A DNA stretch of 64,000 nucleotides from the NCBI GenBank assembly GCA_028534125.1, contig CM052817.1:76820001-76884000 (forward strand), in the 5' to 3' direction. Made by a program: the position numbers and the translations under genes. This DNA is from Lama glama (Eukaryota). Of this stretch, positions 38,300 to 52,500 are shown one piece after another (the first letter of the stretch is position 1; each line of letters opens with the position of its first letter). Below the pieces are notes generated by a model that saw only the letters and a program-made list of their open reading frames with translations, was not told the DNA's origin and did no database searches.

Positions 38300-39055
38300 G
38301 GCCAGAGTAATGTCATTATCATAATTCAATTCATGTCCTCCTTCTGCTCAGAACCGTCCAGTGACTTCCAGTCTCCCCAACCCTAAAAGCCAAAATTCTT
38401 AGTCTTTTATAGCCTCTCCTTAACTCCCTGGTCACACGCCCTGCTCCCCTACTCTTCACTCTTCACCTCCCTAGCCTCCTTGCTGTTCCAGCTCTTGCTT
38501 CAGGGATTTGCACACACTGCTCTTTCTGCCTAAAATGTTTTCCCCCAAATTGGTACATAGCTCTCTTCCTGACTTTCTTCAGGTCTTTGCTCAGTGTTAC
38601 CTTGTCAGTGATGTCTTCTCTGACCATTCTCTAAAATTGCAATCCACAAACTTTCTCATCTTTTCCTGCTATTTTTACCCCTGCCACTTATGATCATCAA
38701 TAGCGTGCTGATATCAGCACACACGTGCTCACCAGGTCAATTATGTACATCTCTTCCCAGCTTCAATAACATGGCAGTAGTTTGACATTTTGGCATAGGC
38801 ACAGTATTACCATAGAAATTGGCAAATGCTACAAATTCAGGCTTTTTTTTTTCCCCCAAACAGCCAGTTGTTAAAGGTTCAACAGCACACTACTGGACAT
38901 ACTATATGTATTTACTTATTTATGTTGGTTTGTGGCATTGGCTACTAAAATGTAAACTCTACTACGGCAAGATTTTCTCATCTGTCTGTTCACTGAGGTA
39001 TCCCCAGCATCTAGAAGTGTGCCTAGCTCCGTATATATCTGCTGAATGAATGAAT
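38300..39055 (+). mobile_element. L2 3' region with a nested DNA transposon
   Basis: ctgctcagaaccgtccagtgacttcc...gtatccccagcatctagaagtgtgcctagc...gctgaatgaatgaat tail. Confidence 0.8.
38698..38895 (-). mobile_element. hAT MITE (MER63-like)
   Basis: gaaattggcaaatgctacaaattcaggc...cagccagttgttaaa...cagcacactactg. Confidence 0.65.
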
Positions 39056-40279
39056 CTCATTCTTCCTGGAGCACATCCTTTAGATGTTCCTTTAATGAGA
39101 GTCTATTCATGGTAAACTCTCTCCGATTTTATGAAATGCAAATTTCTTTTTTCGCCCTTGTCTTTGAAAGATAGTTTTGTTGAGTTTACAATGCTTAGTT
39201 GATTGTTCCCTCGTGGATAACCATTGCTGCTTGTTCTAGGAAAAATAGGGCTCCCAAGAAGTCACCTGAATGTTTGTGGTTGTAAAATGTGTCAGAATCC
39301 CACTGGTCCCTAATTGTTTAATAATTGTCCAAAAGTTAGGCTATTTGGGACTGTTCTTATGAATGTATATGACATGTTTCTCTTTCTTTTGGTTTGGTGG
39401 AATACTTATTTCTAAATTTGATATAATGTGATTTATAATCTATAGGAAAATACATCATTCTCAATATTATCAAAATCAAATAGCCATAGTGTGCTAACAA
39501 CTAAAAAACAATTATATTAAGGAAATAATTTTCCAGAAATAATTTTTGGCAATAATTTAGCATGGGGAAGTAAGAAAATAGTTTAGCAAAGGGAAAAACT
39601 ATTTCATATCCATAATCTACTTACACTTAAAACATTTTATTAAATTTGTTACATTGTGGGATGGATTGTATCTCTGTTACTGTTAATATCAAAGAATTAA
39701 TTGTTATGAAATGGCATTCTCAGATAATGAGTTCTAAATTATTTAAAGGATACAAAATGCTGTTACTGAACTCTCCATGAATGTATAAACAGAATATCTG
39801 GTGACTAACTGCATTTTAAAGATCTGATACAATGAATCCTTCCCAAGCATGATAAACAACAGGGCCATCATAGGCAGTACTAAAGTTCAACTAGGCAATG
39901 ACAAGTTTTACACACTGGGTGAGCAGAAAATTACAAGAAGAAAATCCTGAGTACAGAGTTAGGTTCTAGATGTATTCAGCTCAGTCTGGAAGTCACTAAG
40001 TGCTGTGATAAGGATTTCGAGGGGTACACTGATGAATAATGAAACACAATTTTCTGTAAAAGAAGTGAAGAACAAAGGAGAAACTTTCACTATATGCCGG
40101 TTATTGGGTTATGTCCTCCCTTGGATTGATTTTTTCAAACATTCCATAATTCTTGGAAATAAATCAAACAATAAAATCAAAATATTTTCTTTTGTATTTC
40201 TGTGCTGATGGCTTATAGGCTCATAAAAGATGTAATTATTTTATGATGATGTATTTGGGGGTACTTAGCTACTCCCAAA

Positions 40280-40515
40280 CTAGGTAACATTTATTAAGTA
40301 CATACATTGTTTTGTGTTTTATATTTATTATGATTTAATTCTCAGAAAAATCCTATAAAACAATGACTATAAGTACCATCACTTTACATGAAGAAAATGA
40401 GGTTCACAAACTAACTAAGATTGACTTGCCTAAGATCTTTCAACCAGCAAGTGACAGTTCCAGGATATAAAATGCTACTCCACCTGGCTCCAGAAACTGA
40501 GCTTTCCCACAGCAC
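40280..40515 (-). mobile_element. MIR
   Basis: catcactttacatgaagaaaatgaggttcac...tgacttgcctaagatc...agcaagtgacag. Confidence 0.7.
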
Positions 40516-41311
40516 GCTGCTCCCTAATTGTACCCTAATATAGTACTATGGTTTCCATGTCAAATCCTTCCTACTAAATTCTACTTTATAGCAAGTTATA
40601 CAAGATAGGATCTATTGTAATTTGATGGGTTATATCTGAAGCTTTGACCTGGATTTCATTATAAGTTTGAAACAAAAATCAGCATCAATCACTTCTTGAA
40701 ATACCTTAGACTCAAGTAACTGCAATGATTTGGCCAAGGCAGATCTTACTTGAAGATATGACTTAACAAGTTCGCCTTCCTATGCACTAGTGTCTTCTTT
40801 CTAGGCACTTTGCAGTTCTGGTAACTATTATCAGTTTAGCAGTTCTGATTGAATTAGGGTGGCAATAATGACAGATACAATTATGGTGCTAACTCAACGG
40901 AAGAATAGAAATTGCCCATAATTCAGATAATTTAACTTTTATCTCTGTACATACTCAGATTTTACAGTCCCTTTGGTGTTTTAATATGCTTTATATATAG
41001 GCGTTCCTAACATTTTTTTGAGCACACAAATGAATTTTTTAAAAATGAAGTAAATTCTAGTATATTGTCTCTTAGTCTGTAGGAAGAATGAATTAATAGC
41101 TAAAGCACTTTTTTTATTCTTTTATAGACCATTTATGCGTAATGAAATGGTAGCCTCAGATACTAAATAGATTTTAAAATCACAATGTTAATCTAGAATA
41201 AATTATGAGACCTACTTGACATTTGTAGACTAAGGAAACATAGTCAACTAGTCTTATGAAACTTCTAAGTGTACTAAAAGTTTTAAAGGATTAAAATTTA
41301 CTCATTTGGTA

Positions 41312-41493
41312 GCAACTTTTGGTGAAAAATAATATGAAAATGAATATATGTATGTTCATGTATGACTGAAGCATTATGCTGTACACCAGAAATTGACACA
41401 TTGTAAACTGACTTTACAGTTTATAGTAAAAGACTTTACTTTCATAAAAATATATATATAGAAAAAAACGTTTTAATTAAAAAAAATGTTTTT
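41312..41493 (+). mobile_element. Very short L1 3'-terminal insertion with a perfect 17-bp TSD
   Basis: TSD aatttactcatttggta at 41295-41311 and 41494-41510; body tgaaaatgaatatatgtatgttcatgtatgactgaagcattatgctgtacaccagaaattgacac. Confidence 0.92.
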
Positions 41494-41630
41494 AATTTAC
41501 TCATTTGGTACATATTGAACTTTTCCCTTAAAAGGTTAGGTGCTTTTTCATTTCCATATTAATAATTATAATTATTATAAATAATAATTCATAGTTACAA
41601 TTATTAATTACACCAATTACTAAAATAGCT

Positions 41631-42135
41631 ATGTGTTTGTTTTCTTCTGTTGCTGTAACAAATTGCCACAACATAGTGGTTTAAAACAACCCAGATTTAT
41701 TAATTTACAGTTCTGAAGGCTGGAGGTCCCATGTGGGTCTCCCTGGGCTAAGTTCGTGGTGCTGGCAGTGCTGTGTTCCTTTCTGGTGGCTCTAGGGGAG
41801 AATCTATCGCCTCACCTTTTCCAGCTTCTAAAGTCTGCCCACATTTCTTGGCTCCTGTTCCCTTCCTTCATCTTCAAAATTAGCAATGTTACATCTCTCT
41901 GTGCCTTTTTTTCATAGCCCCATCTCCCTCTGATTAGGGACCCGTGTAATTAGATTAGCCCACTTGGATAAATCCCTAGTGCAGGGCACTTAACTTAATC
42001 ACATCTGTAAGATCCTTCTCACCAGATAACGGGTAACGCCATCACAGGTTTCAGGGATCAGCACGTGTTTATCTCACGGAGGGGAAGGGAGGGAATAGGG
42101 GAGGGAAGGGAGGCAGCATTATTCTGCCACAGACT
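41631..42135 (-). mobile_element. MaLR solo LTR (MLT1C/D-like)
   Basis: ttgctgtaacaaattgccacaa...ggtttaaaacaac...tctaggggagaatc...ttaatcacatctg...cattattctgccac. Confidence 0.88.
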
Positions 42136-42945
42136 ATGTTCTTCATGTAATCACACCAGCAGTTCTTATAGCTGCTCAATCCCCCAAAAGACTGCTCCTG
42201 TTCTCATCGGTGACATACATATGACCAAATAATTAATTTAGCTCTCTGAGTCAATAGTAATTAACCAGAGAAGATTAAATCATTGTGCTCATAAACTCTT
42301 CCTATCCCCTTACACTCTGCAGATTAACACCGGCAAGCAAGTACCCTTTATTCACTTGGGCAGTTTCAGAAATTTAGCTCTCCAAAGATTGCTCCTTAGG
42401 AGCAGATGTGTGACTATCACCAATTCATTGTTTCAGTAGTTTCTAAGGTCATTTTTCTAAAAGTATATCCATTATGAAACTAATTAAAAAACAGTTTTAA
42501 AAGCCAATTTACCAGGACTACCAGCTACTTAAGGAATGGTTGCCAGTTGCATTATACTTTTTTTTTCCCTCTTTCCATTTTATCCTCTTTGACTTCTTTT
42601 GTGTTCCTGCACCCACCTCAGCTTCTGGGTCCTTATTTTATTACTTTTCCCTCTTCAGAAGCTCTCCTTTAATAACCCCAATCCAAAAACAACAATGGAG
42701 TTCTAGTCCATCTGCTTTTCCTTTCTCTCTTTCGTTCCCTTGCTTTGATTCCCTGGGATTTGGATTGGTACAGCAATGCTTCTTTTCTCCCCCTTTAGAT
42801 TTACATATTTATTTTTACGTAACTTGCTGTCTCTATTTTTTTCTCTGAACTATATATACTGAGTAGAATCAGCTTTCCAAAATAAGAAAAAACTGCATGT
42901 ACACATTAAGCCAGCTGGTTGGGGCACTGAACAATGATCTATCTT

Positions 42946-42998
42946 AAAAAAAAGAAAAAAAGAAAAAAAAAAAGAAGAAGAAGAAGAAAAAGAAGAAG
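42946..42998 (+). repeat. A-rich/(GAA)n simple repeat
   Basis: Read directly. Confidence 0.85.
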
Positions 42999-44254
42999 CT
43001 CTTCACTACTCTTTATCTTGAATTAAATAATCTGTATACACTAGCACAACATATAACAGAGCCATTCCTTGTTCCTTGTTTAGGAATCCTAAGAAACAAA
43101 GTAAATTCACATAGAAAGACAACTGACTTGATACCTTTGAGTAAATGAATTGAGTAGTTTTGACAATCAGCCATTCAAAGGATACAGTTGCTGTCATCAA
43201 AATAGTTAATACTTGTATCCTGTCAGAATTGGATTTCTGATATACTACTGAAAAATACCTTTAAGAAATTTTGTATATAAAATTTTAACTAAAATTATCT
43301 GACAATATTTTCAAGAGAAAGAAGGCATTATAATGCAGACTCATTTTAACTCTAATGTATTTGCTTTGCCAAATAAGTAGTTTAAGTTAATATTCAAAAT
43401 ATTTTTGCATAATTTGCTCATCTGCTCTAGAAATACAGTAAGCATTTAAAGGGATTAAAGAGAGAAGAGAAAATACTTTCCCAATCTCTGTTATCTCTTA
43501 TCTGATATAGGAGCATTGTCATTGGTCTGACTGAGGGGCAAATGAATAATGGAAAAGGAAAGATGAAGTTTTCATTCTTGTTAGAACTTTATTGCTATAA
43601 CTAGATCTCCAAAATCATTGTCACTTGCAACTTCAAAAGAACGAACGAAGACTCAATCGCCATTCTCAGTGAAGACCCAGTAGCTCATTGCACCCAAAAA
43701 AGTTCTGTTTCCCTAAATAGGATCAGTCTCTAATGGATGTCAGTGACAGGAGGCCCTTCAGGATAATTCAGAGCCTTAGCAGAGGCGGGTGTTCAATGCT
43801 CTGTGCTTGGAAATTGATACAATGTCAATCCACCATCTTCAAGAGCAAGGACAGCTTAGGAAGGTGATAACACTGCAGATCTTCCTTTTAAAGCCATCAC
43901 GAGCTTTCACACTGATTCTCTATTACAACTGAATGCCTCTAAGGAGCAAAATTATTACTGAACATAAGCCACCCCTTCAAGCCACTCATATGTGATATAG
44001 TCAATAATTTATAACTGAATTTTTTATTGTTGATGAGCCCCAAACAGACATTTTTTAAGTCACCAGTGACGAATCGACTTATAACTTATAAATGAACAAA
44101 AAGCAGAGTGCTACATAGTATTTTTTAACGGAACAGTCCTAGAATTTGCCACTAGTTTCATGTTAAACAGTCTTTCACTCAGAAATGTTTAGATGTATTT
44201 AATCATTCATCAAGATGAGACTATTTTCATGAGTTTCCAAATCAGAAAAAGCAA

Positions 44255-44418
44255 ATTAATCATTTAAAAATGCTTGTTTAAATTACAGATTTCCCAATCC
44301 CACACTCACAGATTTTGACCTAGTAGATCTGGGGAGAATAGAAGAATCTATGTCTAATATGCTCACCTAGATGATTCTAATGTAGATGGCAGACATGCAA
44401 GTTTGGAGAAATGCTGGC
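44255..44418. mobile_element. MER5-like hAT MITE
   Basis: cttgtttaaattacagatttcc...tagtagatctgggg...tagatgattctaatg...aagtttggagaaatgctgg. Confidence 0.7.
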
Positions 44419-45136
44419 TTCAATAAATTGTATTCACTATTACTGCAAAATCCAAAGACATGGGCCCTATTATCTTCCTCTGTAGAAAGCATGTTAAAAT
44501 AATTTTGTATAGAAATATTTAATTCTACATATAAAAACACATATATAACGAAAAGAGGTCATAACAGAATTAATAGTCTTATGATTGATTTCAACCTCAT
44601 GCTTGAAGAGTACCTACTTTCACTTATTTTTGAGCCATACACTATGACTGTGTGGCAGTATTTCAGTCAATATGTATACATGTGAAACTTCTTGTGGAGA
44701 TGAACAGAGTAGATTTTACTTGAAGGCACAAGAAGTAGATGATTTGAGGGAGTGATTCTAATAAATAGATGGCTTTGTATGGCCTAAGAGGAAGGCAGTG
44801 GATAATTTTGACAAAGTAATGAAAGTACACTGCTTCTGTGATCTTTCAGGAAGAAGGACTCCAGAGGCAAAGAGGGCCATGAATAACAGGTTTATAAGAA
44901 TGAGGTTAGAGAAATGGTATTTTTGCGGGGGAGGGGAAGAGTAAAGAGGAAAGAAGGACCAAAGAAAGACAGGCAGGGGGTGGGGAGAGAGAGAGAAGTT
45001 TGGGACATATTCTTTGTGTTTCAAGTCTAACTGAATGTGCTTATACAAAGATAAGAAAGGAATCACAAAGGTTTGGGCTGAATTATAGGCGGGATAGAGG
45101 TACCCCACCAGATGATTTTAAAAAATCACTAATTTA

Positions 45137-45270
45137 GGGAGGGTATAGCTCAGTGGTAGAGCACATGCTTAGCATGCACAAGGTCCTGGGTTCAATCCTC
45201 AGTACTTCCATTAAAAATAAATCAATAAATAAAAGCCTAATTACTTACCTCCCCCCTCCAAAAAGAAAAA
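45137..45270 (+). mobile_element. Full-length tRNA-Ala-derived SINE (Vic-1-like)
   Basis: gggagggtatagctcagtggtagagcacatgcttAGCatgcacaaggtcctgggttcaatcctcagtacttcc, then AT-rich linker, C-tract and A tail; flanks aaaaaatcactaa / aaaaaagtcattaa. Confidence 0.93.
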
Positions 45271-46854
45271 AGTCATTAACAAGGGGATTATTTTTGAATG
45301 AAGAAAAGAAATTTTACGTTAGGAAGCTTTGAACATTTGTCTTTAAGAAGCTACAGTTAGAGTGGGCTAGGCTTGTTTGTTTGTTTATTTTGTCCAAGAT
45401 GAAAATAAATTTTCTTTGTTTTCAAATATGCAAACAGTACATGCACTTTGTAATAAATACAATCAAACAATGTAGAGAACTATAAAGAAGAAAGCAAAAA
45501 AATAAAATCTCCTCTAAGTCCCACTACACTCAGGACTTAGTCATTCTTTAATGTTTAAAAATCTGATAGGCAAAAATTTTTATTTCATTAATTTAAAATT
45601 TTTTATCTTTATTTATTTGTGACAGCAGATTGACATGGTCACATATGTTTATTGCCCATTTGTACTTCTCCTTTGAGGACTGCCCTTTGTCTATTTTTCC
45701 GTTCCAGTGTGTGTTTTTGTTATTGATCCATAGGATACTGTCTCTTCACAAAGAAAAAGACAGATACCAGGTGATAGCCATTTTCCCCCTAGTTTAATAT
45801 GTCATAAATTACTTTGATTCATTCATGGAATTAAAAGGAGGATTTACTTTCCTTATACTTACAGGTCTCTCTAGTCAGTAATCATTTTTCCTTTATTTCA
45901 CATTCCATAAATAAAACAGTATGTTTCCTAGTTGGTATATAAACTACATGTATGCATAACCCCAGAAAACCTCATGAAAATTCTCATAAATTAAATTAAA
46001 AGGACCTCACGAATATCAGAGGGAGAAAGCTCATGCAGCTTCTTCCGAAAGATCCCAAGTCTCAACACCTCACATGGTTCCTGCAATGACAAGCTTACTG
46101 ACATTCAAGTAACCATGTAGAGCCTCTTTCCTCCCTCCTGTTTTTAGATGGTGATGGAAATACCATCCATCCTTCGTTAGAGACCCACTGTGAGAATGCG
46201 GTCAACCTATGAATGTGAAAGCACTTTACAAATGATAACTCATTCTCTCTGGGTTTCTTTCTGTTTCTGAGATGAGAGAGCTGGATTTAATCATACTAGT
46301 TCTAACTTGTGAGATTTTTAAAAACATTACTAAGGAAAGCCCAGCACCAACTGACTGGAACAGAGTAACTGTATGGGGAAGGACGGTGAGCAGAACACCC
46401 TCTTCCAAGAGCTAGAACTCTGCCCTCCGTCCACATGGTAAGCTTCCCCTCACTGCTCTACCCAAGGGTGTATGTGAGAAGGTGTGGTTGGCCTCCCTGA
46501 CTTCAGCCTCCTCAGGTGAGAGATATAATTCCAGGACACTCTGGTTTCCCTGAGTTAACTCATTATCAATTTATAACATAACATTTAAAGTATTTAAAGG
46601 TATTTATATAATTACTCTTTACCGGCTGTTATTAGAGTCCGTTCTATAAGCTTACTTTTAATTTGAAATAAAATTAAATTTCCCAGCCCTTACAAAATCT
46701 GTGATCACTATGTTCAACCTCAACCATTTGTAGACCTCAACCATTCTCCACTTGGCTTTAACATTTTCATAGACTGAAAAGCTCATCATCATTTCATCTT
46801 TCTGATTATTTACTGTCTCTTGCCAGTTGCGTAGCTGAACATAGTATTCCTGCT

Positions 46855-47070
46855 GAAAAGAGCTTGGAAGCTAAAGTCAGACAGATCAACCCGAGTCCAA
46901 ATCTCACCTCTGTTCCCTTTCTAGCTGAGTAACCCTGGGCAACCTCTCACCATCAGTTTCCATATCTTTAAAATGAGAACAACACCTACTTCACAGCGTG
47001 TATGTTGCCTGTGAGAATGACAGTGTATGTCAAATGCCTAATTTCTGTAGGCCCACAATAAATTTAAGCT
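46855..47070 (+). mobile_element. MIR
   Basis: ctagctgagtaaccctgggcaa...tcagtttccatatctttaaaatgagaacaacacctacttcacag. Confidence 0.75.
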
Positions 47071-47209
47071 ATTTTTATGTGAACATATCATGTACTAGAA
47101 GAGATTATTTGAGTAACATTTTGGAAAAATTTCTAAAATGAGTAAAATTAGTTCTTCTAAATACCTTAGAGGTAAAAAAAATCAGCTGGAAGAAAATGAG
47201 ACTATTTTT

Positions 47210-48535
47210 GGTTATCCACTCCAAAAGTATTAATTAGTGTCTACTGTGGGCCGTGCATTCTTCTGGGAGCTGGGGAGATGGCAGTAACCATGACAGACAA
47301 GTTCACTGCCCCCATACATCTCACCCCTCTGAAGAGAAGAAACAGACAGTGAACACATAAACAAATGAACAAAATACTCTCAGGTAGTGCTATGAAAAAA
47401 ATGAGACAAGAGAGATCAAGAGTGGAGAGGAAGAGGGGGCAGGGGACGGGGCACTATGAGACTTGTGATTTGGAAGAAGCTGGATAGGAACATCTTCTCT
47501 GACATCTAAGCTGAGACCTGAAAGAAGAGACAAGCCTGCAGTGAATAAAAAGATCTGTGGTGAGAGAGTTCCAAGCAGAGGGAGACGCTGTGAAACAAGC
47601 TTAGCGTGACCGAGAGTGAGAAAGGGGAGGCCAGTAGGAGTGGAACACAGGGGACAGGAAGGGGCTTGCAGCGAGATTACTCCAGAAGGGCAGATCCCTG
47701 CCCTTCTCCTTGAGAGGAGTTTGGGTTTTATTCTAATTTCAGGGAGCAGCTACTGGAGATCTTTGGCAAGGTAGTGATAAGGTCAGATTTAGGTTTGTTG
47801 GTTTTAAATCATGTTGGCTATCATATGGAGAATGGACTGTAGGAAAATAACGAAAGAAGGTGAGTAAAAACAGTGGTTAAGATGGTGAGAAGACCAGGCT
47901 TGAGATCTGTTTTGGAGAAATAGCTGAAAGAACTTGCCAAGGGATGGTACATGGGGAGCTTCAAGAAAGGGTGGAATCAAGGATAACTCCTAAGATTTTG
48001 GCCTCACAATGGTGTGTTCCCTGAGCTGGGGACCATGGGGAGAAGAGGAGTCTCCTGTAGGGGCCGTGAGGGCATCCACTGAGGACACGGGCTGACCTGG
48101 CATCCCGTCTTCCTCACCTACCAGCCTTGGCCAGGTCCCTTAGCCTCTGTGCCTCAGTTCCCTTTTGTGTAAAATTAGAACCACCACAACACCCATCTCA
48201 TAGATGTGGTCCTAAGGATTAAATGATTAAATACATGTAAAGTACTTTGGACAGTGCCTGTCTCATAGTGTTAATTACTATTAAGCGGGGGAAATCAAGA
48301 GTTCTCTTTTGGACCTGCTTATGATGTTTTTTAGATGTCCAAGTGGAGGTGTGCAGGCAGTTGGTCAGGCAAGCTTAGAGTTCAGGGAGAAGTCAGGTGG
48401 AAAGATATAAATCGAGAATGCATTAGCATATTGATGGTATTTAAAGCCCCGACACTGGATGAAATCACCTAGGAAAAGACAGTAGAGAAGAGAATAAAAC
48501 AGGACCAGCCCTGGGGCACTTCAACATTAAGGTCA
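47210..48535 (-). mobile_element. L2 fragment with a sense MIR nested at about 48090-48280
   Basis: L2 motifs ggaatcaaggataactcctaagattttggcct and aaatcaagagttctcttttggac...agatgtccaagtggag; MIR core cctctgtgcctcagttccc...aggattaaatgatt. Confidence 0.78.
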
Positions 48536-49060
48536 CGGCTCAGATAAATTTAGATGTCATAGAAATGGATGAGAGTCTAAATGAATTCTTTATCTCATAC
48601 TTTATTTTTAGAGGACATCTTATTCCTAAATTAATTCATGAAAGTCTCATTTGAAGTTCTGGATCACAAACTGTCCTCCATTTCACATTTCACATATACG
48701 CTTTTCCGTAAGATTGTTGTAGGCTCCTCAAGGTAAGATTATGTAACATACTTTTTTTTCATGTCTTTCTCTGTCCCTACTACAGAGTAATACACATAAG
48801 CTCTCTCAATGCCTGTTGAACATCATATATTTAAAGCATTATAATGATAACTTGTCTTTTCCATGTTACTATATGGATGATTAGTTATTGAGGACATTAA
48901 TTATTTTGCTCTAAGGAAGAAGATTAACTGAAACCAGTTTATTGCAAAAAAAAAAAAGTGACCCCTTTGGAAAACCAAAGAGGAATCCAGGCTCATGAAT
49001 AAATTTATCTTCCTAGGATCTATCTTTCTCTATTGCACAGGGAAGATATAAAATGAAAAG

Positions 49061-49250
49061 GTAATGAGTCTTTGGACTAAAGCAAACTTGTGTTCAAATC
49101 TCAGATCCATACAAGTCAAGAGACCCAAACAAGTTACTCAGTCAGTCTGAACCCCAGTCTCCTCACCTGTAAAGTAGCGATGATGATAATACCTTTCTCA
49201 TAAAGCTTGAAGAAGTCTAGATGAGGTTATGCCTGGCAGAAATTGCATAC
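49061..49250 (+). mobile_element. MIR
   Basis: gttcaaatctcagatcc...caagttactc...tctgaaccccagtctcctcacctgtaaa. Confidence 0.65.
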
Positions 49251-49560
49251 TCACGTCTTGTTTTCCTTTTCTTTCCTACAAATTATACTGCATCATATGG
49301 AAGGTTTTTTGCAGTTATTTTTATTTTTTGCATTATTCTCAGTACATATCACAATTACATACATATAAAATTCAGTTTATTTTTTGAATGATGCATACAA
49401 GTGGTAGATTGTAATCTATTGATATAAAAGTGTATTGAATTATAAAAATGTGTTTAGTTTTATATAGATTTACTTATTTCTAAATTAAAATATATGTAAA
49501 ACAAGATCTTTCATATGTAATTTGTTGAGTGAGATTTGTTACATATGTAGTAATTTGAGC

Positions 49561-52500
49561 TTTTTTAAAATTGAGGTATAACTGATATATAACATTATAT
49601 TAGTTTGAAGTGTACAACATAATGATTCAATATTTGTATATGCTGCAAAATGATCACAAGTAGTCTAGTTATCATCCATCACCATAAAAAGTGACAAAAT
49701 TTTTTTCTTATGATAAGAACTTTTAAGATTTGCTCTCATAGCAACTTTCAGATATGCAATATATTATTGACTATAGTCAACATGCTGCACATTATATCCC
49801 CATGATTTATTTATTGTGTAACTGGAAATTTGTACCTTTTTCACCCTCTTCACACATTTTTCCCACTCCTCCAATTCACCTCCACTCAGACAGCCACCAG
49901 TCTATTCTCCATATCCATGAGTTTTGTTTTATTTTGTTTGTTCATTTGTTCTGTTTTTTGAATTCCACATACCAGTGAAATCATACATTGTCTGTCTTTC
50001 CCTGTTTAACTTATTTCGCTTAGCATAATACTCTCAAGTTCTGTCCCAAATAATAAGATTTCCTTTCTTACAGCTGAGCAGTATTCCAGTGTGTGTGTAT
50101 GTCTCTGTGTGTGTGTATAAACATCTTCATTCATCCATATGGACACTTGGATTGTTTCCATATCTTGGCCATTGTAAATAATGCTACAGTGAACATAAGG
50201 GATGCATATATCTTTTCAAATTATTGTTCTTGTTTTCTTCAGATAAATAATCAAGTGGAATTGCTGGATCATATTGTAGCTCTATTTTTAATTATTTTGA
50301 GTTAAACCATACTGTTTTCCATAGTGGCTGTACCAATTTACAATCCCACTGGTGTGGGGTGAGGTTTTGATTTGCATTTCACTCATGATTAGGGATGCTG
50401 AGCATCTCCTCATGTGCCTCTTAGCCACCTATATGTGTCTTCTTTGGAAAAAGGTCTGTTCAGATCCTCTGTCCATTTTTGAGTTGGATTGTTTGTTTTT
50501 GTTATAGTGTTATATGAGTTCTTTATATTTTGGATATTCACCCCTTACCAGGTATATGATTTGCAAATATTTTCTCCCATTCAGTAGGTTGTTTTTCATT
50601 TTGTTGATGGTTTCCTTTGCTATATGGAAACCTTTTAGTTTGATGTAGTCCCACTTGCTCATTTTTGTTTTTGTTTGCTTTTGCTTTAGGAATCAAATCC
50701 AAAAAGTCATCACCAAGACCATGTCAAGGAGCTTACCGCCTATGTTTTCTTCTAAGAACTTTGTGGTTTCAGGTCTAGTCAAGTCCTTATCCCATTTTGA
50801 GTTTATAGTTTTGGGTGATGTAAGGTAGTCTTATTTCATTCCTTTGCATATGGATGTGCAGTTTTTCCAACACCATTTGTTGAAGACACTTTCCTTTCCC
50901 CCATTATATATTCTTGGCTCCTTTGTTGTAAATTAATCCACCATATATGGGTGGGTTTATTTCTGGGCTCTTCCACTTTGTTGAATGTTGAATTTTGTCA
51001 AGTGCTTTTTCTGCATCTATTGATACGATCATATGACTTTTATCCTTCATTTTGTTAATATGGTGTGTCACATTGATTGTTGTGGAAGATGAACCATATT
51101 TGCATCCTTCATAAAAATCCCACTTAATCATGGTGTATGATTCTTTTAATGTGCTGTTGTATTTGTTTTGCTAATATTTTGTTGGATTTTTGCACATATG
51201 TTCATCAGATATTGGCCTATAATTTTCTTTTTGGTAGTGTCCTTGTCTGGTTTTGGTATCAGCATAATGCTGACCTCATAAACTAAGTTTGGAAGCATTC
51301 CTTCTTCTGTAATTTTTCTGGAGAATTTGAGAAGGATAAGTATTAAATCTTCTTTGAATTTTGGTAGAATTTACCAGTGAATTTACCACGTGGTCCTGGA
51401 CTTTTGTTTGTTGGGAGGTTTTTGATTACTGATTCAGTCTCCTTACTAGCAATCAGTCTATTCAGATTTTCTATTTTCATGATTCAGCCTTGGAAAATTG
51501 CTTCATGAAGATGATTCAGTTTTGGAATATGTTTCTAGGAATTTTTTCATTTCTTCTAGGTTACCCAGTTTGTTGGCCTGTAATTGTTCATAGTAGTCTC
51601 TTATGATCCTTTGTATTTATTGGTATCCATTGTAACTTCTTTTTCACTTCTCATGTTATTCGTTTGACCCTCTCTGTTTGTCTTAGTGAGTCTCAACTAA
51701 AGGTTTGTCAATTTTGTTTATCTTCTCAAGGAACCAGCTCTTAGTTTCATTGATCTTTTCTATCGTCTTTTTAGTCTCTATTTCATTTATTTATACTCTG
51801 ATTGTAATTATTTCCTCCCTTCTACTAACTTAAAGCTTCATTTGTTCTCCTTTTTCTAGTATTTTTAGGTGTAAAGTTAGATTGTTTATTTGAGATTTTT
51901 CTAGTTTCTTGAGGTAGGGCTTCCTTCTTAGAACTGCTTTTGTCACATCCCAAAGATTTTGGTATATTGTATTTTTCATTTGTCTCAAAGTATTTTTTTT
52001 AATTTCTCCTTTGACTTCTTCACTAACCCATTAGTTGTTCAGTAGCATTTGTTTATTCTCCACATATTTGTGATATTTCCAGTTTTCTGCCTGTAGTTGA
52101 TTTCTAGTTTCATAGTATTGGGATCCAAAGAGATGCTTTATGTGATTTCAGTCTTTTTAAATTTATTTATCTATACTTGTTTTGTGGCTGAGCATATGAT
52201 CTGTCCTGGAGAATGTTCCATGTGTACTTGAGAAGAAAGAATATGTATTCTGCTGCTTTTTGATAGAATGTTTATATATATAGGTCAATCTGATATTCAA
52301 GGGGTGTCCCCTTTGTGGACTGCATGTGCCCAGGGATTTAGCAAGATAGCAGGAGAGTGCAGGGCTGGGCATGCCAGCCAGTTTTATCAGGGAAGCACAG
52401 GAATGAGGCGTGTTTGCTGGCTTTAGTGGGGCAGCAGGAGAGAGCTGCGACCACATGCTTACCACAGCTAGCAAAGAAGAAAGTGCCTCAAGACCCAGAG

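Noticed and set aside
45137..45210. tRNA-Ala gene
   Set aside because: Acceptor stem does not pair properly; it has a SINE tail, TSD-like flanks and several diverged copies in the window.
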